From positions 1 through 22,160 of the forward strand of contig JBBCAX010000255.1 in the NCBI GenBank assembly GCA_051382335.1: a DNA stretch of 22,160 nt. Reading direction: 5' to 3'. The first letter of the stretch is position 1. Each line of letters begins with the position of its first letter. Shown here one piece after another: positions 1 through 8,133 of the stretch. Made by a program: the position numbers and the translations under genes. This DNA is from Deltaproteobacteria bacterium TL4 (GTDB lineage: Bacteria > SAR324 > NAC60-12). Under the pieces are notes generated by a model. The model made no database searches, was not told the origin of the DNA, and was given only the letters and a program-made list of their open reading frames with translations.

Positions 1-63
1 AAAAGGCACAGCGGTTATCGAATTTGCTAAGATTGCAAAAAAATCTTTGAGTTTAGTAGCAAA

Positions 64-978
64 TTGTCTAAAATTGGTAACCCGAAAAGCATCATAATTG
101 GCGAAGGTATTGTATCATGCGCGACCATTGCCGCGCAATGTGGGCATGACGTTACCGTATTTGAAACCTCTTCAGAAATCGGTGGACAGTTTAACGTCGC
201 GAAAAAGGTTCCTGGCAAAGAGGAGTTTTTTGAAACCCTGAGATATTTTGACAAACAACTGAAATTGAAGGGAGTCAAGGTAGAACTCAATAAAAAAGTC
301 ACAGCGTCCGAACTCATTGCCGGCCAATATGACGAAGTCGTACTGGCCACCGGAGTCGTCCCACGAGTTCTTCCGATTCCCGGGATTGAACATGCCAAAG
401 TTTTATCGTATCTCGAAGTTTTGCTGGAGGGCAAACCGGTTGGAAAATCCGTGGCGATCATAGGGGCTGGTGGTATTGGGATTAATGTGGCCGAGTTTCT
501 AACACACGAAGGAACCTCCTCCAGTGTGGAGATTGATTTATTTCTGAAGGAATGGGGCATCGACAAAACCCTGAACGCTCCTGGAGGAATTGGCGGTGTT
601 TCCGCGGAAATCCACCCTTCCCCCCGCAAAATTTATTTGTTAGACCAACGACCCGGTAAAATCGGACCTAATCTTGGAAAAACAACCGCGTGGATTCATC
701 GCCAAAGTTTGAAAAACAAGAAGGTGGAAATGCTTCTTGGGGTCATGATTGACTCGATCGATGATCAGGGAATTCATCTGACGTTAAATGGGAAATCACA
801 AGTCCTGGAGGTAGATCATGTTGTCGTCTGTGCGGGACAGCTCTCCCTCTGTGACCTGAAACCCGAACTGGAAGAAGCCGGAGTTTCGGTGCATACCATT
901 GGAGGCGCAAAAATGGCAGCGGACTTAGACGCAAAACGCGCCATCAAAGATGGACATGAACTGGCGCTATCCTTCTAA
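64..978 (+). pseudogene. fadH: C-terminal fragment (FAD/NADPH-binding region) of NADPH-dependent 2,4-dienoyl-CoA reductase; FMN barrel and 4Fe-4S region missing
   Basis: From about nt 115 the frame reads SCATIAAQCGHDVTVFE...IGGQFNVAKKVPGKEEFFETLRYF...IIGAGGIG...LGKTTAWIHR...LDAKRAI, typical of the FadH C-terminal half. The GAGPAG motif expected just before this is absent, and there is an in-frame TAA at 28-30. Confidence 0.85.
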
Positions 979-981
979 CGC

Positions 982-2913
982 TTACTGACGGGAAGTTCCA
1001 ATCAATTGAGGAATCCATTGTTGGACTTCCAAGAAGGCATAGTTTTCGAGAAGGCCGAAATAGGGCAATTTTTTGATTTTTAATTTGGCGAAAAGGGGAG
1101 TGGAAATTCCGCAGAGAAATTTGGTTAGATTGACGGGCGTGGACTTTTCTCCCATTTTTTCAATAAATTCATGGGTAATTTTCTCAAAATTATAATCAGA
1201 CAGCGGTTTTAGATTCATGGTGTGACGAAGGGTAACCTGTCCCTCTTTGCAAACAGAGCAATGCCCGCAGTTTTCTTGTGGGCGGTGTTCTCCAAAGTAT
1301 TGGGCCAATAAATGACTGAGGCATGAAGAACTTTCAAAGAAACTCACCATCTGATGGATGCGATGAATTTCGTGTTCTTCTTTCTTTTGAAACAAATGAT
1401 ACATTTTTTCACTCAACTGTTCCAAATCAAACGCCTGTGTCATGATATCAAACACTTCAACCGCTTGTTCGGATTGAAGTTCAATCCAGCCTTTTTCCTC
1501 AAAATATTCCAGGGCGGTGATGACTCTTTGGCGATCGGTGGCGTAATTATTCACAATGGCCTGGATGTCCACCAAAGTCCAGACCGTCTTTTCGTAACAT
1601 TGCTTGAAGATTGCCGAGACAAACTGACTTCGTTCCCCTTGAAATTGCTGGATAATACTTTGGGCATTCAGGCGATATTTGAAGGAATACTTTTCAAAAT
1701 AAGTGAATTTGGGTCTGATGACGCCTTCCAGATCAAGGTAAACCAACAAGGTTTTCAAGGGGAGTTGTCTGATGTTGACTTCATTTGATAAGGAAAAGGG
1801 TTTGATCTCCCACAAGAAACCCTCGTTTTGTTGGATGAGTTGAAGGAGTTGACGGATGGCCTTTTTTTCGGGAGTGTCGCCATAAATGAAATTTTCCAAG
1901 ACGTTGACGTTATCTCGGTTTGCCATGATTTCACAAAGCGAATCTTTTCCGTCTCTACCGGATCGACCAATTTCCTGACTATAATTTTCAATGGATTTGG
2001 GCAGATTATAATGAATGACCCTTCGGATATCTTTTTTATCAATCCCCATCCCAAAAGCAATGGTCGCGACAATACAATTCAAGCGGCCCTCCATAAAATC
2101 ATTCTGGACACGCTCGCGGTCTTCATTTTCCATACCCGCGTGATAGTGTCGGGCTTTGACCTTATGGTTCCCTAAATAATTGGCAACGTCTTCAGCGGTT
2201 TGTTGCAAGGTAACATAGACAATCGTAGGCGCGTGGGGTGCCTCTTGAATTCGTTTCAGCAGATTGTTTTTTTTTTCTGCTTCATTCATGGCCGATACTT
2301 GCAGAAACAGATTCTTACGGTAGAAGCCTGTCACAATCACATGACTGGGATGGATTTGAAATTTATGACGCATATCTTCAACAACTGTTGGCGTCGCTGT
2401 CGCTGTGAGCAGAAGGACCTGGGCGATGTTGAACTCCTGTCGGTATGCGGGTAATTTCAGGTATTCAGGCCGAAAGTTATGTCCCCACTCAGAAATACAA
2501 TGGGCTTCATCAATGACCATCAACGAGACTTTCATCCGCTGAAGGTGGGAGCGAAATCTTTCATTTTTAAAGCGTTCGACAGAAATCATCAGGATTTTTA
2601 AGGCACCTCGCTTCGCTTGTTCAAGAATCGCGTTATATTCATTTTTTTCCAAAGTGGAATCGAGTCGGGCTGCCGGGATATGGTGTGATTCCAAAAAATC
2701 GAGTTGATCTTTCATCAAAGAAAGTAAAGGGGAGACCACCAGCGTCAGATGCGGTAATAACATCGCGGGTAACTGATAACAAAGAGACTTCCCGGCGCCT
2801 GTCGGGAAAATCGCGATGGAGGAATGACCTTCCAGCAGTTTTTGAATCACCGTTTCCTGCCCTTGTTTAAAGGTACTGAAACCAAAATATTTCTGTAGTT
2901 GAGACTCCAACAT
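982..2913 (-). CDS. recQ: RecQ-family ATP-dependent DNA helicase
   Basis: Walker A FPTGAGKSLCYQLP, DEAHCISEWGHNFRP, ATIAFGMGIDK, QEIGRSGRDG, and a C-terminal Zn motif C...YFGE...CGHCSVC. Confidence 0.95.
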   Translation of the reverse strand: MLESQLQKYFGFSTFKQGQETVIQKLLEGHSSIAIFPTGAGKSLCYQLPAMLLPHLTLVVSPLLSLMKDQLDFLESHHIPAARLDSTLEKNEYNAILEQAKRGALKILMISVERFKNERFRSHLQRMKVSLMVIDEAHCISEWGHNFRPEYLKLPAYRQEFNIAQVLLLTATATPTVVEDMRHKFQIHPSHVIVTGFYRKNLFLQVSAMNEAEKKNNLLKRIQEAPHAPTIVYVTLQQTAEDVANYLGNHKVKARHYHAGMENEDRERVQNDFMEGRLNCIVATIAFGMGIDKKDIRRVIHYNLPKSIENYSQEIGRSGRDGKDSLCEIMANRDNVNVLENFIYGDTPEKKAIRQLLQLIQQNEGFLWEIKPFSLSNEVNIRQLPLKTLLVYLDLEGVIRPKFTYFEKYSFKYRLNAQSIIQQFQGERSQFVSAIFKQCYEKTVWTLVDIQAIVNNYATDRQRVITALEYFEEKGWIELQSEQAVEVFDIMTQAFDLEQLSEKMYHLFQKKEEHEIHRIHQMVSFFESSSCLSHLLAQYFGEHRPQENCGHCSVCKEGQVTLRHTMNLKPLSDYNFEKITHEFIEKMGEKSTPVNLTKFLCGISTPLFAKLKIKKLPYFGLLENYAFLEVQQWIPQLIGTSRQ

Positions 2914-3059
2914 CCTTTTTCTCCCGATTATTGGTGTGTGTTTGAACGGGGTTGATCATAACTTTTGGCCCTTGCTGTTTTCTGGGGGGCAGTGCGCCCT
3001 CTCAGAATAACGCCCTCAGCAACAGCCTCAGCACAGGAAAATTTACAGCAAGAATCAAC

Positions 3060-4697
3060 TCAAAAGACCAAACCGATGCTTACTCCGGATTTTAAATAGT
3101 TATTCCGGGACTCTTGTGTAAATTCGTTGGTACTGCTTTTATTTTTTAATAACTCGATAGAAATAAAACCTTCAAAAAACAAGTCTTCTTCAGTAAGTTC
3201 ATAACGGAGGTACACTGCATTCGTCAGCGCTTCCCCTTCATACATGAAATTGCTGGCCCCCTTTGAACCAGGTCCCAGCTCAAAGTCAATGTTTCTGTAA
3301 AGCATTGAATAGTGCGGTTTGAGCTTCTTGACATTTGAAAACTCCAGATTAAGTCGAAAGAATTGATAACGGACTCGAACATCTGGAGCCAAATTCTGTT
3401 GTTCGTTCAAATAGGCAATATAGGCTTTTTCTTCCTCACTCGCGTTGTCTGAGGCTACATTTTGTTTTTCATGTTTGTCCTCTTCTTTTCCACCACTAAA
3501 ACCAGAATAGAAAGCAACCTTGAGCAGACGATGACGGTAGAAAAGCCCCGTTCTGTTGAGACTAAAACTGTTGGAATAAAATAAATCGTCATGTCGTACC
3601 GCAAAATTGATATCGGCTGAGGTGTATTCAATGGAGAAGTTCCCATAGTCAAAACCACCTCCGATATGCATCTTTTCATTCTGGCGATCGTCGTAGTCTT
3701 TCAAATCATCAAGCTGCCATTTGTAGTTGCCATCGCCAACGAGCAATCGACCTAAATCATACATCAGTGACATGTGAAAATAGCTCGATTTCATGCTGTA
3801 GTACAATTGAGTTTGTGGCTCTTCATGAACGCTGTAAGGCATCGGAGCCGTACCCGTCACCACAACTCTTTGGAATTTAAATAAACCTTCGGACAATTCG
3901 CTTCGGACGACGGGGATAAAACTGCTATTTCTTGTGGAAGAACTTCCATACCTGAGGTTAGAGCTGGCCCAAATTCCCAAAGTCGTGATGTTCGTAAAGA
4001 TCTGAGGTTCCGGATAAAAGACTTTTTCTTTGACATAAGTTTGCAGTTTTTCATAGCCAAGCTGCAAGCGGTCGAGTTCAATTTTTATGAGCAGAGGCGT
4101 TTCCAATAAATGATCGGGATAAATGCTCAGTCCTTTCTGCTCTTCCTGATCCAATTCACAAGAGATGAACGGATAAGGATGCACAAAATGAAATCTTTTA
4201 ACAGAGTCATTACCATTGAATGAAATGGTATCTTTTTGATCTGTGAACGAGATGTTCCAAATATTGTTGATATCAATCACCGTTTCTATTCCGTCCGTGG
4301 TCAAAAAGGACATATTTCTATCAGAGTAATTGGTCAGCCAACCTTTCAGTAAATCAACCACCTGGTTTTCAAACAGCGTTTTGATTTCAACTATTTTTAT
4401 GTCCTCTGAAGGTTCGATTTTCGGGATATTGACTTTGCCGACCGGATATTCGGCGATGTAAATGATATCAAAACGCCTGATACTTTTGATATCCCCGCTC
4501 AGGTTTAACATTTTTACCGTTGCGTCATCAACGTTCAGAATGATCCCAATTTCTCGTTCACAGGCGGAAGCATAAATCGCGGAAAGCTGAATCGCGGACA
4601 AACGGCCCGGAGCGACAAAAATGACAAAAATGCAGCTAAAGAGGAGGAATCTATAGCAAAAATTCGATGAAGATCGCGAAGGATACTTTGTTTTCAT
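3060..4697 (-). CDS. Uncharacterised exported protein, putative outer-membrane beta-barrel; paralog of 4651..6306 (alternative GTG start at 4706)
   Basis: Long ORF with a signal-peptide-like N-terminus (FLLFSCIFVIFVAPGRLSA), alternating amphipathic strands in the C-terminal half and a terminal Phe (GVSIGLVF). Motifs are colinear with the upstream gene. Confidence 0.75.
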   Translation of the reverse strand: MKTKYPSRSSSNFCYRFLLFSCIFVIFVAPGRLSAIQLSAIYASACEREIGIILNVDDATVKMLNLSGDIKSIRRFDIIYIAEYPVGKVNIPKIEPSEDIKIVEIKTLFENQVVDLLKGWLTNYSDRNMSFLTTDGIETVIDINNIWNISFTDQKDTISFNGNDSVKRFHFVHPYPFISCELDQEEQKGLSIYPDHLLETPLLIKIELDRLQLGYEKLQTYVKEKVFYPEPQIFTNITTLGIWASSNLRYGSSSTRNSSFIPVVRSELSEGLFKFQRVVVTGTAPMPYSVHEEPQTQLYYSMKSSYFHMSLMYDLGRLLVGDGNYKWQLDDLKDYDDRQNEKMHIGGGFDYGNFSIEYTSADINFAVRHDDLFYSNSFSLNRTGLFYRHRLLKVAFYSGFSGGKEEDKHEKQNVASDNASEEEKAYIAYLNEQQNLAPDVRVRYQFFRLNLEFSNVKKLKPHYSMLYRNIDFELGPGSKGASNFMYEGEALTNAVYLRYELTEEDLFFEGFISIELLKNKSSTNEFTQESRNNYLKSGVSIGLVF

Positions 4698-6306
4698 TGG
4701 CGTCACTGGTTTTGTTTGCTAACTTGATTTGATAGTTTCTTAAAAAATAGTTGATATCGGCCTTTACGGTAACGTAATTACTGAAGTCCTGCTTCAAGGA
4801 CAAGGAAGAAATGAGATGCATAAAATCCAGGCTATACGCTTCTCCTGAATAGTGTTCCCCATAGTTTCCCTGGAAAATAACTTCGCTAAAACCAATATTG
4901 GTTTCCCTGGTTATGTCATAGTTGAAACCTATTCGTAAAAACTGAGTTTTTAAATCAAATTGTTCCAGATTTTCAAGGAGTTTCATTGAGGTCTCGGACT
5001 TCGGCCCAAACTCCATAAGTTCATAAGATTGAATAAGCTGAAGCAGATTTTCCGTAGGGGGATCTGATTTTAAATAGGTCTGTGAATAAATCAGTTTGAG
5101 GCTCAAGTTTTTGGTGGTTTTCTGAAATCTAAGAATCGGTGAGGACTGATTGGAAGAGATTTCCCTGAATATCTTATTGCCCAGTATTCCATAGACAGGA
5201 TAATAAAACCCCGCGGAAAGCGAATATTCATGATAATCAACACCGGTTAAGGCTAAATGATTAAACTGCGAAAAAATGGCATGATCATCATCATTGACTC
5301 TGGAAAAAAAATCCGTAAAAATCTGTCTGTTGTTGATGATACAATCACTGCCGGCAGATAAACAAATCATATTTCCCACAAAGGAACCTGTGAAAAAATG
5401 CGATTTGACATCCGATCTGAAAACGAAGTGAGGTTCCACAGAGGGCAAAAGGTCGACAGCCGTTGAGCCAAATAAATACTGCCCCTGAGAACTGTAAGGT
5501 TTTCCGCTGGACCACTGAAAATACAGCGGCATAATGAAATGTAATTCTTGAAGATAGTCTTGCCGGGTATAAACAATGCCCAACCTCGTGTCTTTTTCGT
5601 ATAAAAAAGGTTTGGCATAAAACACCGTTTTTTTCTGAAATCTTTTTAAAAGCGCAAATCCGGTATTATAAACGGAAAAAAACTTGTAGACCTTGATCTG
5701 GTCACTAATCATGCGGGTCGGTTCTGTAATTTTTTTGGAATCCGTTTCTTGAGCTCTGCATTCAGGTAAATTACCGCCCAAACCGAAAGTAACCGGCTCA
5801 TAATTCGCGATTTCCTTAACCGTTAATTGCGTAAACTGAGGCTGGGTAAAAGTTTTAATCTTATCCAGATCGACCAAATGTGTTTTTCCATCAATATCGT
5901 AAAACATGATCAGATTTTCTATAAACCTGATCGGCCACCCGATAAAATGCGTGCTTTCATTATCATCAACGTGCACTTCCCGTAAGGACTCCTTGAGACC
6001 GGAGTCCAAGTCCAAAAATTTAATGGGATTTTCGTGTATGTTATAGACCAGAACCAGCTCAACGTCCTTTCGCTGCAGAACCGCCAGTTTTCCTTCCAGG
6101 TTTAACATATAAACGTGATCATCATCCGTATTAACGATTAAACCCGTTTCTGGTTCACAACCGTTCTTGATCAGGGTGTAAACTTCCAACGCGGAGGAGG
6201 TGCCAGGAACCAGACTAAGAATAGCTAACAGCAATGGAAACCATCGCCAACTATTTAATGAGATTTTTGAAGCGGTTTTCTTCTTGGATAGATTTCTATT
6301 CATCAT
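4651..6306 (-). CDS. Uncharacterised exported protein, putative outer-membrane beta-barrel; paralog of 3060..4697 (start uncertain: 6318 TTG, 6306 or 6303 ATG)
   Basis: Long ORF with a signal peptide (WFPLLLAILSLVPGTSSA) and a beta-rich C-terminus ending VSFAIFIEFLL. It overlaps the start of the downstream paralog. Confidence 0.75.
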   Translation of the reverse strand: MMNRNLSKKKTASKISLNSWRWFPLLLAILSLVPGTSSALEVYTLIKNGCEPETGLIVNTDDDHVYMLNLEGKLAVLQRKDVELVLVYNIHENPIKFLDLDSGLKESLREVHVDDNESTHFIGWPIRFIENLIMFYDIDGKTHLVDLDKIKTFTQPQFTQLTVKEIANYEPVTFGLGGNLPECRAQETDSKKITEPTRMISDQIKVYKFFSVYNTGFALLKRFQKKTVFYAKPFLYEKDTRLGIVYTRQDYLQELHFIMPLYFQWSSGKPYSSQGQYLFGSTAVDLLPSVEPHFVFRSDVKSHFFTGSFVGNMICLSAGSDCIINNRQIFTDFFSRVNDDDHAIFSQFNHLALTGVDYHEYSLSAGFYYPVYGILGNKIFREISSNQSSPILRFQKTTKNLSLKLIYSQTYLKSDPPTENLLQLIQSYELMEFGPKSETSMKLLENLEQFDLKTQFLRIGFNYDITRETNIGFSEVIFQGNYGEHYSGEAYSLDFMHLISSLSLKQDFSNYVTVKADINYFLRNYQIKLANKTSDANENKVSFAIFIEFLL

Positions 6307-6367
6307 TTCAAAACTCAACTCGTCAGTGACGGGTTTTTTAAAAAACAGCTCACGTTACGCAGGACTT

Positions 6368-6507
6368 CTCGTGACCAAAGTCCACCTTGGTAATGGATAA
6401 GAAGCCGAAGCTCCAGCTTCGTTTCCTTTCTTCCCGGTATCAAGCGGAGGAAGCTGGAGCTTCAAAAATAAATGGATTCCCAAGCTGGAGCTTGGGATCC
6501 AGAGGCG
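6368..6507. repeat. REP/REPIN-like cluster of AAGCTCCAGCTT/AAGCTGGAGCTT palindromes
   Basis: gaagctccagcttc (6407-6420), its inverse gaagctggagcttc (6450-6463), tcccaagctggagcttggga (6478-6497) and a degenerate unit at about 6368-6395. Confidence 0.8.
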
Positions 6508-6594
6508 AGAGAGCCTCACAGGCTGAGCGAAATCAAAGCCGGATTTCAAAGCTTACTGCCTTTGGGCGAAACGATGACTGTGGCTGAAGCGGGT

Positions 6595-7680
6595 CTAGTC
6601 AATGACTTCTATCCAAGGAAAGGGAGCTTCTTTTTGACCATATTGAATGGAAGAAATTTCATCAAAAAAATGCTGAGCCATCGGCCCTATTTGTCCATTC
6701 CCAATCGTGTACGTTTGTTCTTTATATTGAAGTTCAGCTACTGGAGAAATGACCGCAGCCGTGCCTGATCCGAACATTTCGGTTAAGGACCCATTTTTGA
6801 TGGATTGAATCACTTCATCAATACTGATGCGGCGTTCAACCATCTTTTTATCCCAATGACGTCCCAGATCTAAAACGGATTGCCGTGTGATTCCAGGGAG
6901 AATGGTTCCTGTCAATTGTGGCGTTATGATCTCATCCTTAATCACGAAGAAGATGTTCATGGAGCCTACTTCTTCCACATATTTACGCTCAACCGCATCC
7001 AGCCAGAGCACTTGTGTATAGCCCTGCGTCTTGGCTTTCTTTTCCGCAAGAACACTTGCCGCATAGTTCCCCGCGGTTTTAACATTACCAACCCCACCCG
7101 GTGTGGCCCTGCAATATTCGTCGGAAACCTTGATTTTTACAGGATTGAAGCCTTCAGGATAATAGGGGCCGACGGGGCACATAATAATAAAAAAGAGGTA
7201 TTGATTGGAAACTTTTAATCCCAAGGCCGGCTCAACGCCGATCAAAGTAGGTCGAATGTAGAGGGAGGTTCCAGGTGAGCGTGGAATCCAGTGAAGATCC
7301 TGCTTCAAAAGCAGATTTAAAGCCTTCATTGTAAAATCAACATCTAATTCAGGCAGACACATTCGTTGACACGTTCGGTTCATACGCTCAAAGTTATTGC
7401 GCGCTCGGAAAGTTACCGATTTCCCATGACAGGTATAGTAGGCTTTCAACCCCTCAAACGCTTCAGGGCCATAATGGAAAATAATTGAAGAAGGCGCCAA
7501 TTCAATATTATGATAAGCCTCGACTTTAGCATTATGCCATCCATTTTGCGTATCCCACTCCATGAGAAACATGTGATCGGTGAACCGGGTTCCAAACACA
7601 ATCTTTGACATATCAGCAGGAGGTGTTTTCCTTTGCGATTCGAGAACGGGTATTAAGTTGATGTCCATAAGAAACCTCAT
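6595..7680 (-). CDS. ilvE: Branched-chain amino acid aminotransferase (PLP fold type IV, long form)
   Basis: FTDHMF, HYGPEAFEGLKAY, LYIRP, catalytic Lys in VKTAGNYA, EEVGSMNIFF, ILPGITR, GSGTAAVISPV. Confidence 0.96.
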   Translation of the reverse strand: MRFLMDINLIPVLESQRKTPPADMSKIVFGTRFTDHMFLMEWDTQNGWHNAKVEAYHNIELAPSSIIFHYGPEAFEGLKAYYTCHGKSVTFRARNNFERMNRTCQRMCLPELDVDFTMKALNLLLKQDLHWIPRSPGTSLYIRPTLIGVEPALGLKVSNQYLFFIIMCPVGPYYPEGFNPVKIKVSDEYCRATPGGVGNVKTAGNYAASVLAEKKAKTQGYTQVLWLDAVERKYVEEVGSMNIFFVIKDEIITPQLTGTILPGITRQSVLDLGRHWDKKMVERRISIDEVIQSIKNGSLTEMFGSGTAAVISPVAELQYKEQTYTIGNGQIGPMAQHFFDEISSIQYGQKEAPFPWIEVID

Positions 7681-7735
7681 GTTATTGTGTATTTAGTATT
7701 CAAAAAGAAATGTTTAAAAAATCCAGAGAGTCTTG

Positions 7736-7885
7736 TTATTTTCGGCTATTGAGTTGCTGTATCATGCGGTATCTTTGCTGGTCTTTGATCTGATCAAAAT
7801 TAATAAGCATATATCCAACCAGAAGGCACACACCGACAAAAAGGCTGATTCCGATCCCCATAAAAAACTTTTTCTCAGCTTTCAT
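7736..7885 (-). CDS. Small single-pass membrane protein, 49 aa (MKAEKKFFMGIGISLFVGVCLLVGYMLINFDQIKDQQRYRMIQQLNSRK)
   Basis: Hand-translated from ATG at 7885 to TAA at 7738-7736, with GGGA just upstream. Basic N-terminus, about 20 hydrophobic residues and a polar tail. Co-oriented between glnE and ilvE; below the ORF-track cutoff. Confidence 0.65.
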   Translation of the reverse strand: MKAEKKFFMGIGISLFVGVCLLVGYMLINFDQIKDQQRYRMIQQLNSRK

Positions 7886-7961
7886 TTTTCCCCAACTATG
7901 AAACAATCCGACGTTGCCTGAATGACTCCTGTTACGCCTCTTTGGTTTCCAAATGCCAGTG

Positions 7962-8026
7962 CGCCTCTAGTTTCTAAGCTCCAGCTTGGGAATCGATTTT
8001 ATTTTTGAAGCTCCAGCTTCATCCGC
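7962..8026. repeat. Second, inverted copy of the REP-like element at 6444-6507
   Basis: cgcctctagtttctaagctccagcttgggaatcgattttatttttgaagctccagcttcatccgc closely matches the reverse complement of 6444-6507. Confidence 0.85.
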
Positions 8027-8133
8027 AGTTCCTACCCCCGATTCCCCACTCCTAAGAGTTTGGTGAATTTCCTTAATAAAAATAGGGGATATGATTATGA
8101 AGAACAAGTGACAAGTCAAGATCTCTTCCAAGC

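Noticed and set aside
27..629. 200-aa minus-strand ORF
   Set aside because: Antisense shadow of the fadH fragment; no recognisable motifs.
1354..2870. Several 60-144 aa ORFs inside recQ, and similar ones inside ilvE, glnE, the HSD gene, the aminotransferase and the MCP
   Set aside because: Fully overlap well-supported genes; shadow frames.
6368..6507. Possible CRISPR array
   Set aside because: Units alternate in orientation, are few, and lack regular unique spacers; no cas genes in the window.
6355..6768. Short ORFs crossing the REP cluster
   Set aside because: Translations of palindromic repeat DNA; one overlaps ilvE in antisense.
7733..7921. 62-aa plus-strand ORF
   Set aside because: Antisense to the more plausible 49-aa membrane ORF; TTG start without an RBS.
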